DNA from: Magallana gigas | Taxonomy: Eukaryota | Direction of reading: 5' to 3' | NCBI RefSeq assembly: GCF_963853765.1 | Contig: NC_088860.1 | Span: 22,568,001 to 22,632,000, forward strand | Length of the DNA: 64,000 bases | In this document: piece by piece, positions 63,276-64,000 of the stretch | Numbering within the stretch: position 1 is the stretch's first letter | How the letters are laid out: the number at the start of each line of letters is the position of its first letter | Position numbers and translations under genes: made by a program | Notes under the pieces: generated by a model | What the model was told of the DNA's origin: nothing | The model's database searches: none | The model's input: the letters and a program-made list of their open reading frames with translations, nothing else

Positions 63276-64000
63276 ATTCGACGTTAAAAAAAAAATAAAC
63301 GGTTCAACGCATTTGAAATCAACAATGCGGTTAGTATTCAGCACTCAGCAAGCACAATGGGGGTTTACGTCAAATAAAGCCTTTCCCCCACTGCTCATTA
63401 TTTTGTCGGGCGAAGACCCACACGCCATACTTCATGTTTTAGTTGGCATACTTTGACGAGGGACCGGGGATTTTCTGTGTCAGGTAAAGGATTTTTTTGC
63501 AGATGCTTTTGTACGTATCGCCTTACGACAATCTTAATAGTTGTATATGATTGTGGATAAGGGTTACCTCAATACTTCAGCAGCAACATAAAAAACTGAA
63601 TTGGAAATAGAATCGAATTTCTGCCTCTAGGACATGTTGTTATTATTTGTCAAGTCCAAAACTGGCGAAATGGTAAGATTATCAATTAATATATCAATCT
63701 ATTAATCAATTCATGAATCGGTCAATGAAATAAATAAGTCCACAATAATAAGTGATACAGTAAGTATACATCTGTGATATGCTATGCATGTGACTATTGG
63801 CGCTTTATTGAATAAGTAATGGGGACGACACAAAATACAAAACAAATTGCTCTGAAAAAATCTCTCTCGAGATCGAAACATCATGCACAGAGAAAACTTA
63901 ATGTATTTTCCGTCGCTACCTCAGATCGGAATGCAACACTCTAGCTAGCTCACCCCCATAAACCCAAGGGACCATTAGCATTCATCTATGTGTATCACTG

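Overview
AT-rich, intron-rich animal genomic DNA, most likely a bivalve (oyster, Crassostrea/Magallana-like; inferred from Helentron-type non-autonomous elements carrying ~166-bp Cg170-like repeats). There are two short assembly gaps. Left to right: a large ALG9 intron holding an intact 4-exon antisense THAP-domain gene and a U2 snRNA gene; the last 12 coding exons of ALG9 (+); a TRIM-like LTR element whose LTRs carry tRNA-like cores; a two-coding-exon IRAK4-like kinase (-); and a chordin-like (CHRDL) locus (+). The CHRDL locus has a second signal-peptide first exon inside an intron, and its 3' half is tandemly duplicated as a second secreted, polybasic half-gene. The last 14 kb is dominated by MITEs, foldback elements, HINEs, a LINE 3' fragment and minisatellites. 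Strongest leads: (1) the modular CHRDL locus; (2) a ~70-copy 41-bp minisatellite in which nearly every unit copies the ALG9 exon end plus 5' splice site, with three more exon-end/donor duplications elsewhere; (3) a tRNA-LTR TRIM with two different LTRs but an intact 4-bp TSD. All gene models were built by hand from reading-frame and GT-AG phase checks, with no expression data or database searches.
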